Source: Selaginella moellendorffii (Eukaryota; Plantae; Lycopodiophyta). From it: a DNA stretch of 64,000 nt. Positions 51,653-62,861 of the stretch are shown in pieces. The notes beneath the pieces were generated by a model. That model was not told the origin of the DNA. It was given only the letters and a program-made list of their open reading frames with translations, and did no database searches. The position numbers and the translations under genes were made by a program. The stretch lies in assembly GCF_000143415.4 (NCBI RefSeq), contig NW_003314369.1, forward strand, positions 502,006-566,005, in the 5' to 3' direction. Within the stretch, counting starts at the first letter, position 1, and each line of letters begins with the position of its first letter.

Positions 51653-52359
51653 AATCTGCAGAACGACCAATCTCACCAAGCTGACATTGAGGATGACGAC
51701 GCGGTTGAACTGGTATGCTGTCCGGATATTTGCCTGCTTAAGCTTTTCCTGCTCGGGAAATGCAGCCTCGCCGAGGACTCTCCTATATAGTGTCGTGTTC
51801 GTTCATCAAGAAACGGATCAGCAACATGGAGTGCAGTGATGTGCGCATCTCGCTCAAGCGGAATTCTTTCCTCACGGTGCAAAATCGCGAGACATACGCT
51901 CCCTACACCCGGTTTAAGGCAGCATATGAAGCGATGGAAAAGGACCATCCCGATCTTGGTAAGAGCTCAGTGTTTCTTATGGAATTCTTTTGAGCACGAC
52001 CAGGTAACATCAGTGCTGAATTCGAACCAGCTGACGCCCCAGAGGTGTTGAAGTTCCTGTGGCACGGCACCCAAACGAAGAACGTTGCCTCGATCATGGA
52101 GAGGGGAATGCTCTCAAACCGGGCGAATGCTTACGGGAGGCGTGAGGCTTACTTCTGGTTCACACCCACGGTCAGATATGCGAGGCTCCACACCAGCAAT
52201 GACACGAAGGAATACACGATTGTGCTATGTGCTACACTCTCCGCACAAAAGGTGGACGAAGATCGTTTCACGGTGGACAGCGAGCGCCCAGATCTCGTGC
52301 TTCCGCTAGCGGAGTGGCATCGTCGCCGTGCGGAGCTCCAGCCCGGCCAAATGCGATAG
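51653..52359 (+). CDS. Short PARP-like (SRO/mono-ART-like) catalytic domain, 3' exons; 5' exons (about 51040-51600) unresolved
   Basis: Exons 51653-51712, 51766-51958 and 52004-52359 splice in frame: VELPRRGLSY..TVQNRETYAPYTRFKAAYEAM..LKFLWHGTQTKNVASIMERGM..NAYGRREAYF..RYA..TIVLCATL..DRFTV..LVLPLA. Confidence 0.7.
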
Positions 52360-52474
52360 CTAAATACCTATTTCTCAAACGAAACGAATATTCTCTAGCA
52401 TTTACAATTAGCATTGACTTTTATTGGTCAAAGCCTCTTGCATGGAAGGGATAGCCAATTTTCTCCTGTTTTGC

Positions 52475-55400
52475 GATGGCGCTTATCATGTACCATACAT
52501 CCACAAACAACACTACTGCCACCAGCTATTGTTGCTTTGCTCAAATCCTTTATAATGCCCACTGGTTGCAACTCCGCCACCATTTTGCTCCACAAGATCA
52601 CACTCTATTCTCTGCCTTTGTCTTGAAGATCCCAAGCGTGGATTTGCAGGCTCTCCATTCTTTGATGCTTGCGAGCAGGCCTTACCAGTCCATGTTTTAG
52701 GCTTTTCTTGCTTTCAGAACGTTTCCTTTGGTGAAGAAGAAGAGTGGCTTTCATTCAAGGAGGCTGCGGTTTAATTCCAAAAGCCTTAGAAAGAAATGTT
52801 CAGGACACTGCATTAACTTTGACTTATCAAGGTGTGAGCGTTTTCTGAATGACATGGAACCAAGGTGAAGTTCCAGAATCCAACCAAGAAAGCTCTTGGT
52901 CTTAGTAAGCAAAGTGTGGAAGCTTACTTATAGATGGACCAAGGATGAAAGCCTTCCTGAAGCAGAAAAGTTGTTTGCCAAAGTTGTTACTGACATTCCT
53001 CAAGTTTAACAATTTTAAGACTGATTCAGCCAACATTTCTACAAACAAATGCATCAATTTAGAATGCTTTACCTGATTGTTAAAATTTTAATGGGGTGTC
53101 TAAGGCAGCTTTGTCCAGCATCAGTGAGAGCAATGCATTTGAGACGTTGTAGCACCTCTGACTCTGTAAAGTCTAGAATAGATATAAAATATATCAAGTA
53201 AATAACTAAAACCTCGATATTTTAGGAGCTTGTAAGCATCCACATGAATGTGCAATAATAGCAATTTGTTTAGCTGGAACTTTTTGACATACATTATCTA
53301 ATACAGATATAATATGTTCTCTCAAATTCTTAAAGTATGACAATAAAAACATTAATAAGTAAAGGTAGAATTAAAAAAAATTAAAATAATACTACCGTTT
53401 TTAGAGAGGCATGATTTGGATTCAAAACTAACATTGCAATGTTCCTCTTGTGTGCCACTCTAATAAAATATCAAGTTATATCTGATTAAAATACTAATTT
53501 TCTTTAAAATTTACCAAGAAATGGCAAAACACTCCCAATCTTTAGTGCACGCTGTACCACAAATTTAAATATAAGAAACTTACATTAATACATAGCTTTT
53601 GAGCCCTGCACTGATAATAACAAAACCAGAAATTAAATCCTTGTACTAAAACTAATTGAGTTAGAAAACGTACGCTACATTTCCAGCTCCACAGCCAAGA
53701 ATAACAAGCTCGCTAGCTTTAACAGCATTCTTAGGTAAGAAAAAAAAGCACTGAAGGACAAAACATTTTAAAAATATAAATTGAATCTAACCACTAGAAC
53801 CTTTTGTGAGGGTAACTCCATTCTCTCTATATCATGTAGAAATAAATCAGTCAGCATGTGAAATTCTTACCTAAGTAGTACCGTTTCCATAAGCTAATCT
53901 CCAGAGCATCGCTTACACACTCATAATGAGATTGGCTTACAAACTGAAAGCCAGCATCAGTCGCTGTATGTCGCAGTTCTAAGCTTTCTTCGTCTAATCT
54001 ATAGCCCAACTCTTCCAATCTCTCCATCAAAACATAACTTTAGGTTTAAAATTATATTCCTTTATCCAATCCATCCACGTTCTTAGGTTTTGCTTGCCGC
54101 CATGGCTTCTACCTCAAGCTTGTCAAACAGGTTACACGGTCTTGAGAATGAAATTTTCCTTGTGAATGCTCTACTGGATGCGTTCTCGATTGCTTCCAAT
54201 CCATGGTCGTAGTGGCTACTAAGAGCTTTTGCAAAGCATCGAGTGGACGTGTTTTTGCAAGAGCCACAGTAGCTTCGCTATGCCTGCTAATAACAGGAGA
54301 TTGGAATAAAAAGAGCGGGCTTATTTGAAATGCTCTTACTGTTAGGTCTAATCGACAATGCGGGCAATTCATTCGATCGCGGCAGCTGGAGCTCCTGGAG
54401 ATCGCGGCGGGCACCGGAAATCTCCTGGCTATGGCGCTGCCACTGGCGCCGGCGCTGGATCATCGAGGTAAGAATTCTCGCTCCAGTTTCAGGGTTTTCA
54501 ATCGCGTTTCTTTCGCAGGTGGAGAACTCCCAAGAAGAAGAGCGGCTCCAATGCTGGAATTCCGTCGATCTACGACGCGTTGCAGCAGGCGGGAGCGATT
54601 CCGGGCGTTGGTGTCGTGCTTGCGGCATTGACAGCGTGTAGAAACTCGCGAGACCTCCAAACAGGTAAGCGAGTCCATAGCTACGTTGCCGAGCGAACGA
54701 ATTACTGTTCTTCAAACAGCGTGGTGGCGAACTCTGTGCTGGATATGTACGCAAAGTGTGGAAGCATGGAGGACGCGTTGCAAGCTTTCTCTGAGATGAA
54801 GCATCGGGACGTCGTTTCGTGGACTTCCATGATCTCGGGATATGCAAGGTGTGGAGATGGCGCTCTGGCTCTTAAGTTCTTCGCGCGCATGCAAGAAGAA
54901 GGCTGTGAGCCGGATCGTGTCACGGTCATCGCAGCAGTGAAGGCATGCTCTAGCTGCGCAGAGAAGGAAGAAGCTCGCGAGATACTAGGAAGAGCAGTGA
55001 AGATCAAATCGCTGGAACAGGGAAGAGCTCTTCATTCTCGAGTCGCCAGAGCAGGATTTGTCCGGGACCTTGCTGTGGCAAACTCGCTGGTGGATATGTA
55101 CTCCAAGTGTGGGAGCATGGAAGATGCACAAAAGGTGTTTGAGAGCATGAGGCAGCGGGACGTGATTTCATGGACTTCGATCATTTCGGGTTATGCACAG
55201 GCTGGGGAAGCGGAGTTTGCTCTCAAGCTTTACTCGCGAATGCAAGACGAAGGCTGCGGTCCAGATCGCGTAACTCTCCTCGCTGCGCTCAAGGCTTGTG
55301 CTAGCTTGGCCGAAGGAGAGAAAGATGGTCCCTCGAGACAAAAGTGGCTGGAGCAGGGAAGGGTTATTCATTCCAAGGCCGTGGCAAGTGGAAACCAGTC

Positions 55401-55581
55401 GGATCACTTCGTGGCAAACTCTCTACTCGACTTCTACGCGAAGTGTGGGAGCATGGAAGACGCTTGCACTGTGTTTCAAGCTATGGGTCGTCACAGCTCA
55501 ATCTCGTGGAAGTGCATGATCCTGGGATATGTCCATAACGGGGAGTCCGAGCAAGCTCTCGAGTTTTACAAGCGCATGCAA
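52475..55581 (+). repeat. Segmental duplication B, copy 2
   Basis: Collinear with 46637-50182. Confidence 0.92.
53105..54027 (-). pseudogene. Arb2/FAM172A-like pseudogene
   Basis: Duplicate of 47244-48570 with deletions in GQW and HSCGG, other indels, and loss of the last coding exon. Confidence 0.85.
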
Positions 55582-56664
55582 TCAACAGGGTGTGTGGCGG
55601 ATCGTGTGACTTTACTGGCAACTTTGAAAGCTTGCTCTACCTTGACGGCGGCAGGGGCATCAGAAGAAGCACTGGGAACTGCTGAGAAAGAAAGGCTCGT
55701 AAAGTTCAGGCTCAAGTGTCTCGAAACAGGAGCACGCATCCATTCTCAAGCTGGAACGCTGGACCTTGCAGTGGCAAACTCTGTGATCGATCTCTACGCG
55801 AAGTGCGGTCGCATCACACTTGCTCGCAATCTCTTCGAAAGCCTTCCACAGAAGAACACCGTCTCATGGAACTGTATCATCATCGGGTATGCGGAGTGTG
55901 GGGAAGGCGCCGTGTCTTTGGAACTCTACAGACAGATGCGTCACACCTCAGGCTGTGCTCCAGACGCCGGTACTTTCGTGGCCGTTTTGAAAGCTTGCTC
56001 CAGCTTGGTGGCACTGGAATTCGGGAGGCAAATCCAGATGGAAGCCCGCAGTTTTGGACTAGAGAGAGATCCCATCGTCGCAAACGCGCTCGTTAGTTTC
56101 TTCGCGAAGTGTGGGAGCATGGCCGAGGCCGAGGAGGTATTTAGTTCCATTTTGAAGAAAGATTTAGTGACATGGAGCTCATTGATCGCAGGCTATAGCT
56201 GCCGAGGCGACGCAACTCGGGTGCTGGACCTTTTCGAGAGAATGGAGAAAGTTGGCGGTGTGAAGCCAGACGGTGTTACGCTCCTCTCCGTTCTCACTGC
56301 CTGTAGCCACGCCGGCCTGGTCGACAGAGCGAAGGACGAATTCAGAGCAATGCTCCGCAAGCATGGGATTGCTCCCACGATTCAACACTACACTTGCATG
56401 GTGGAGCTTCTCGGCCGCGCGAATCAACTCGACGAGGCAGTGAAATTGGTGAAAGGGATGAGCTGCAAGCCGGATGTTGTGATATGGAAGGCAGTGCTGG
56501 GAGCTTGCTGGAAGTGGAAGAACGTGGCGCTCGGGAGGCTTGCTTTCGAGTCCATCATGGAGCTCGACAATCAAAATGCCCCGGCTTACGTGCTCATGGC
56601 CAATCTTTATGCTGAGGCTGGGATGCTGGAAGAAGCCGCAAGGATGCGCCGAAGCTTAAGTTAA
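54358..56664 (+). CDS. PLS-class PPR protein with an E domain and no DYW; probable organellar RNA-editing factor
   Basis: Exon 1 (54358-54467, MRAIHSIAAAGAPG.., transit-peptide-like) and a 51-nt intron (54468-54518) lead in frame into the 694-aa ORF. P-L-S triplets (MYAKCGSMEDA, DVVSWTSMISGY, PDRVT..AC) and an E domain (PDVVIWKAVLGAC..AYVLMANLYA). Confidence 0.92.
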
Positions 56665-56779
56665 CTATCTGGTACGTGACACTTTGAGTCCCCCGTGTTA
56701 ACTTTCTAAATGCCTTGTAGAAGCGATTGACAATACAAGATCCAAAGAAGGTTATTAGGGGAGGATTTTATCACTTTCG

Positions 56780-57670
56780 GTACCTACGGAGAAGAAACAG
56801 GTGTGAAGAGATTTTCTCATGAAGGAATTGCGTGGCTAACTGCGATCAAACGAACAGGTCTCAAAGGATTTTCCCCCGACTTGGACGCAGAAGTTCTCGA
56901 CCGGAACCAGCCCAGGGCCAGAGAATAAGTGAACTTCGCCACCTAAGAGTGCCAATGACGATGGAGAAATCTGGATCGAAGAGTACGTACCATACGATTT
57001 ATAGTTCTTCCAGTACGAACTCAGTGCTTTACTTGCAGAGAAACGAAACAAGCCAGGCTTTACAGTTGCAAGTGGCAAGCACACTCTTTCTTCAAACGAA
57101 CTATTGCACTGTTTCTTGTCAAGGTTCCACGAGTTTGACTTTCTCCTGTTCCATCGAATGCGAGCCCAGCCCAAGGCTAGCAGCAGCGTGGGAGCTTTGG
57201 AGCCTCTGAAGGGAATTGACGCAGATATCTTCAGGTGTGGACTCGAGGACGTACAAGCTCCAAGGTTACTTCATGTACGCTGTGCACAGGCTGAGGCCGA
57301 ACTATTTGCTGCTTCCTGCGAACGCTCCCAAGTATGGAGTCCAATTCATGAGGATGATACAAGGCTACAAGTTTCAGGCAAGAGTATTAGTGAGGGTGAA
57401 CAAGATTCTGTAAGGTGACTCCAGACGCAGTTGCCTAGACGGCCATGATCCGCGATGGGGACACACGAATGGTTTTAAGCTCTTCAATGAGATGCAAGAC
57501 GAATGGCACTTCTTTGTGTGCTCACGGCGTGCAGCCATCCCAGGCTTGTCCGTGCTAAGCAAAAGTATGGAGTTTGTCTATTGACTGAAGCGCCGAGCTG
57601 GAGGAAGCGCGAAAATGGTTCAAAGCCAGCTGCTTGACAAGAAGTGGAAGAATGCGGGCTTACTTTCGAT
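56780..57670 (+). pseudogene. Decayed PPR-derived fragment
   Basis: AIRDGDTRMVLSSSMRC and FFVCSRRAAI (VLTACSH in another frame); homologous to 50280-50720. Confidence 0.5.
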
Positions 57671-57721
57671 TGGCTTGGCGAGGAAAAATAAAAGTTAAGA
57701 CAACGATCAAAAAATTTAGAT

Positions 57722-57750
57722 TGGGGATGCCAGGAATCGAACCCGGAGTC
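57722..57750 (-). other. tRNA 3'-half relic (T-arm plus acceptor strand)
   Basis: The minus strand reads CCGGG-TTCGATT-CCTGG-CATCCCC-A. There is no matching 5' half. Confidence 0.35.
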
Positions 57751-58014
57751 TTTTTGTTTGGTCAAATAGAGGATTAACCCGAATAAAAGACCTTGCTTAG
57801 TGACATCTACGTCAAAAAAGATACTGGAAGTTTCAGGGACGTTAATCCTTTATAGAAGTGTCTCGTCGTACGTGTTGATCTCGACTTGTTTAAATCATAA
57901 TGTTTACACGACAATGTGAAAAACATCCATTGCTCCTTTTTTTTTTTTATAATATAGGAATTTTAAAACTTTGCGTCATAACGACTAAAGAAAATCACAA
58001 AGATTCGATGAAGC

Positions 58015-58235
58015 TAGCAGAAGAACGAAATCTGGGCGCTCGCTGTGACCGTGAATCGATCCTCGTCACCTTTTGTGTGGAGAGTGTAGCACACGATATA
58101 TGTGAGGCTTGAAGGAGTAGCTTGACATTCCCTCCAAGCAAAGTTCATCATTTCGGTGCTGTGCCACAGGAACTTTAACACCCTTGGTGAATTAGCTGAA
58201 TTCAGCAATGATGTTATAACCTGGTCATGCTCAAA
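58015..58235 (-). pseudogene. Inverted decayed copy of the last PARP-like exon
   Basis: VLKFLWHSTE..IVCYTLHTKGDEDRFTV matches 51990-52310 in reverse orientation. Confidence 0.75.
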
Positions 58236-58670
58236 TTGAAAAGAACTTGACCATGAATTATAATAATAAATTCTTGGCTAGTACCACAACAGGTGACCAC
58301 TGATGGGATGTGCAAGACCATCTTTCTTTAATAAATTTAATCTTTAATAGTTATAATAATAATTAATTTTAGTAATTATTAATTTGCTTAAGCAAAGAAA
58401 TGGGGTGGTAGTGAATATACTTAAAATATTTTTGGATATTCAAGGATATTCTACCATTTAACGGTTATTATTCATTTAGATTAATCTTATATTTATCATA
58501 CTCCCTTATTTAAATGTGCTATTGGCATATGGCATCCGGTGAATCTAACAGTTCAAATTCAAAAACTTCAAATAGATGGCATAGATCAAGTGCCAAAGGG
58601 GTGGCAATGCTTCAATAGTGACACTCCAAATCAAGTGAAACTTTTTAGGGTGATAGGGCAGATTGTGAGC

Positions 58671-58675
<5 letters not shown>

Positions 58676-58702
<27 letters not shown>
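58676..58702. repeat. (TG)n microsatellite
   Basis: About 13 TG units. Confidence 0.95.
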
Positions 58703-59940
58703 TAATGTTTCCTTTTCCTTTAGTTGGAGCAAGGTTTTGGAAATGAAGACCATGTCCCCAGATGAGACAAGCCATTTGCTGCTTCTCACAGCTTGCGCTC
58801 ACAGTGGAGAAGTGGGCCATTGACTGAAGCTATGCTGCTCTTCTTTAGAACCTTGAAAGTAAGATTTTCAATGTTTTTTGAGAGTTTCCATCTATTTATC
58901 TTTGCAGGAAAAAGATCCAGACTGGTAGTCAAGTCGCCAGAGAGAAAAGCTGAGAAAATTGGTGAAATGGCTTTATATTTTTTCGTTTTTGTGTTAGAAC
59001 TAAAACTTTGCAGCTTTCTTTCAGCCTATGCAAGACAATGATTTAAATCCAAGCCTTCAGGAAGAGTACATCCCTGCTGCAAACAACTCTCCTCCATCCC
59101 CCTTGCTGCCATCAGCAAATGGTGGAACAATGTCCAGGTATGTAGTGTTTTGCTCTTTAATAACTGATGTTGCACCTTTGCCATAGGTGCTCAATCTAAG
59201 AACACTCACCTGGTCCAAAGTTGAGCAAAAGCTCCCAATGTCTCCTTTTGTCCTTGTCCATGCCACTGATCCCCCTTGTGCTGGTCATAGCCTGGTAATT
59301 TTTTTAGCTTTTTACTTTCATCTTACAATATTCCGGAGTGTTTTCAGATTCTGAAGAACAGATGCTGTTTGTTGGTGGCCACTTGAGAAACCCTTGACTC
59401 TGTCTCAGGTTAATATAATGCATTTCAGTGTCTCACTTCAGTGCTCTCTATCTCCAGTTCATGTTTTTGATATACAGACTTTCACTTGGTTGCTTTTTCC
59501 AACATATGGACAAGCTCTGGTGCATGTGACATACTGTATCACGAACCTGAGATTGACCATTTGCTGTTTGAGGGGCCAGTCTGTTTCGCTGATCGGATCC
59601 TGTTTAGTGGAGTCATGTTTGGTGGAGAAGACTCCAATAGGTGTCTACTCAATGACCTCAACATCTGTGATCTGGAAACAATGACATGGGAGGCAATATA
59701 AGCCAGCACGGATGTATATTGCATGTGAGGTATGCTATTTTGATTATCCTTCCTGGCCTTACTCTGATTCCATTTGTTTCTGTCCTGCCTAGGGATTGAG
59801 TCTTGTCTTTATGTGTTTGAATGGAGAAGAAACATTAATAGCCTTGGTTTTTTTTGAGACTGTGACTTGTATTGAGGTGGAAGCTGTCAGATGCATGTAC
59901 TGAAGACATGCAAAAGCCAATCAGAGGTGTCTCCTGCTGT

Positions 59941-62861
59941 CAGTGTGTAACAAAGTCCGAGGCTCCTTTGTACCCCGCCAGTACCATTTCAGAATTGCCG
60001 GTACAAAACAAAGTTACAAGGATATACGACCGGTGCAAAAAATCTCGTATAAGGCTAGATCCGGTACGTTTGGATGTTATAAGGAATCCTGCCGGTACAT
60101 TCACCTACCTTTTGAGGATTAGGGTTTCATGGTTAATTATGTTTAATTAATTCTAATTAACAAGATTAAATAAATAATCATCAATCTTAGTTAACACTAA
60201 CTAAACATAGTTACACTAAGTAAACCATGTCATTAATCTAAGGTTAGAATATTCTTTCACAATGTTCACATGGGCTCTAAGGTTAGAATATTCTTTCACA
60301 ATGTTCACGTGGGCGTGGGCGTGGGCGTGAACATAGATTTTGGTGGGGAGATCATCTGGGAAATGAGGAGGGTGCCTGCAGGTAGGAGCAAGGCTGCTGC
60401 AAAAGCCATTGCTCAATCAAAGCAATCTTTGTTAAGTTTTGCCCCCATTGTGGAGAGAGGAGGTTTTGTAGATGAGGACAACCTGGAGGGGACTGAGCCT
60501 AAGGAGGGATGTGAAGTGGGAGAAGGTGATGCTGCATCAGTAGAGGAGAAGGAGAAGAAAATTTGTAGGGGGAAGTGGCAACCTGCATGGGTCATAAAAT
60601 GGCGGTGGTTGCATTTTGATCAGAAAAATGGTAATAATTTTCTTGATTTTTCATCTAATCCTACTTGCATTACAGCACTGATCTTTTGCTCAATATGCCG
60701 TGCCAACAAGAATTGCAAGAATCCATTTGGTACATCAGGTTCCACAAACATGAAGACTTCAAGTTTCCATGCTCATGGGCAAACAAAAGATCACAAGCAT
60801 TCCATTTACATAGCTGAGGTGAAAGTTGGCAGTCAATCCTCCATGGCAGCTGCAAATGATCGGCAATAAGAGGCAGTAGAGAAGGGAGTTATTTGCTTGT
60901 TTAGGACTGCTTATGCTATTGCATAAGGTTTTGTTCCTCTTCGCAAATACCCACTGCTTCTGGAGCTACAACAGTTGAACGGAGTTTATGTTCCTAGCAT
61001 GTACAAGAACGTGATGGCCTGCTCACGCTTCATCACTTTCATCAACAAGGTGAGCTAAAGTCTGATGATAAACCTTGACTGAATTTTGTTGTGTAGGTGC
61101 TCTTAGATCAAATTTTGGAGAAAGTTAAAGCTAGCCCATTCTTTGGAATAATGCTAGATGAGAGCACGGATATAAAGTAAAGCTGATTAGTGATATTCTT
61201 GGTTCTAAATTTGTTAATGCAGTACTAGTAAACACCTCATCTTTTACGTGACCTACATCCACGACGCAAGGGTGTTGACAAGCTATTTAGGCTTGTCAAT
61301 GGTGAACAATAGTTTTGCAGAGGTGATTTTTAACACCACCATAGCTTCACTGCAGGATTGGGGGCTGGATATGAGCAGGTTCGTGGGGTTTGGTTAAGAC
61401 GGCTGCAATGTTATGACAGGAAACAGGACAGGGGTTGCAGCAAGGTTGAAGGAGGTCAATCCATTCATGACCTCCATACATTGTCTTTCACACAGAGCTA
61501 ACTTATGTGTGGAGGACGTCTACAAGAATCCAGCAGTTCATAATCTTTGCGATGAAGTGGATTAGGTGGTGAACAAGGTAGCCAGTTTTCTCTCAAGAAG
61601 TTCTAGCAGGTTGCAGCAGCTACAGGCACTACAGGACGAGCTAGACTTCAAGGTGCTGAAGGTGTTGCAGATCCAGCAGACACGTTGGTTGAGTAGGGGT
61701 GGAGCCATTACCAGGATGTGTGAGTGTCTGGAACCACTACTCAAGTTTTTTAAGGATGGGAGAACAACTCAAACAAGGAAGCTGTATGACCGTCTCAGGA
61801 GTTTCAAGTTCCTTTATGCACTCCACTTTCTAGGAGATATCTTGGCAGTGGTAAATCAGCTGAACCTGGAGTTTCAAGCACAGACTATGGACGTGACTAG
61901 TGTTGCACCTTTATGCAAGGCAACTATGGCCAAGATACAGGTATACTATTTGGATAAGCAGGTGGATTTGAATGGTTTTCAATTGGATAGCAGAGGATAT
62001 CCTATAATCCCAGATGGTGGAGGCCGCAATGGTCCTTTGGATGAGCTCAGGTCATCAATTAAGGGAAACGAATACAGAGACGTGGAAATGATCAGGTCGA
62101 TTCACGGAGAAGATTTGGAGGAGGTACTAGAGTTTCAAAAGAACTTTGGCACTAGTCTTTTGGAGGGTATAAGGACCAGGTTACAGGACTCTGAGGCAAC
62201 TGGTATTCTCTCCAAGTTCCACTTTTTAGCTCCTATCAACTTACCTTCATCAGTGCATGAGTTGAAAGCTTTTGGTAAGTTTGAGGTTCAGGAACTTGGA
62301 AAGTTCTACACAGGGATGATCAATGAAGCAGAGCTGGCTGAAGAGTACAGTTTATGGAAGATAATAGCTTCCGAGGAGTGGAAGGGGAAAACTTTTGTGG
62401 ATGTTTGGGGAATGATTTATGCTCACAGTATCTGGACGAAGAAGTATCCCAACTTGCTGAAGTTGGCAATGGTCGGCATGGTTCAATGCTGCAACATTGC
62501 ATCATGTGAGTGTGGGTTTAGTAGAATCAACTTGGTGAAGAATAAGTTTCGAAACCAGATGGGGACGGAGATGGTTGACGAGCTTGTGAGGATCTCCATT
62601 GAGGGTCCGCCAATAGCTAAGTTTGATTTCGAAACAGTGGTGCAAGCATGGAAGGAAGGTGCAGCTTATAGGCATATTTATAGAAGCTAAAGTGACGGTT
62701 TGTAGATGTTTAACTTCCTTATAGTTTTCATATATTAAGGAATTTATCCGAATGAGATTTCCTCTTTTAAGGATTATGCCGGTACAAAAAAAATATATCC
62801 TATTCATTTTAAGTATTCAAGGATTTTTTCCAGTACACTAAAAATACTTTGTTACACACTG
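59941..62861 (+). mobile_element. hAT DNA transposon (ZNF862/TTF-finger type), 2.9 kb, with 16-bp TIRs and an inactivated transposase
   Basis: TIRs CAGTGTGTAACAAAGT (59941) and ACTTTGTTACACACTG (62846-62861), with subterminal CCGGTAC motifs. Confidence 0.9.
60363..62690 (+). pseudogene. hAT transposase with premature stops
   Basis: WQPAW..W, FCSIC..H..H (TTF zinc finger), FFGIMLDESTD, FG*DG..MTG, IHCLSHRANL, TRWLSR and ASCECGFSRINLVKNKFRN. In-frame stops at 60867, 60924, 61395 and 61563. Confidence 0.9.

Noticed and set aside
57722-57795. Complete tRNA gene
   Set aside because: Only the T-arm and 3' acceptor strand are present; there is no D-arm or 5' acceptor match.
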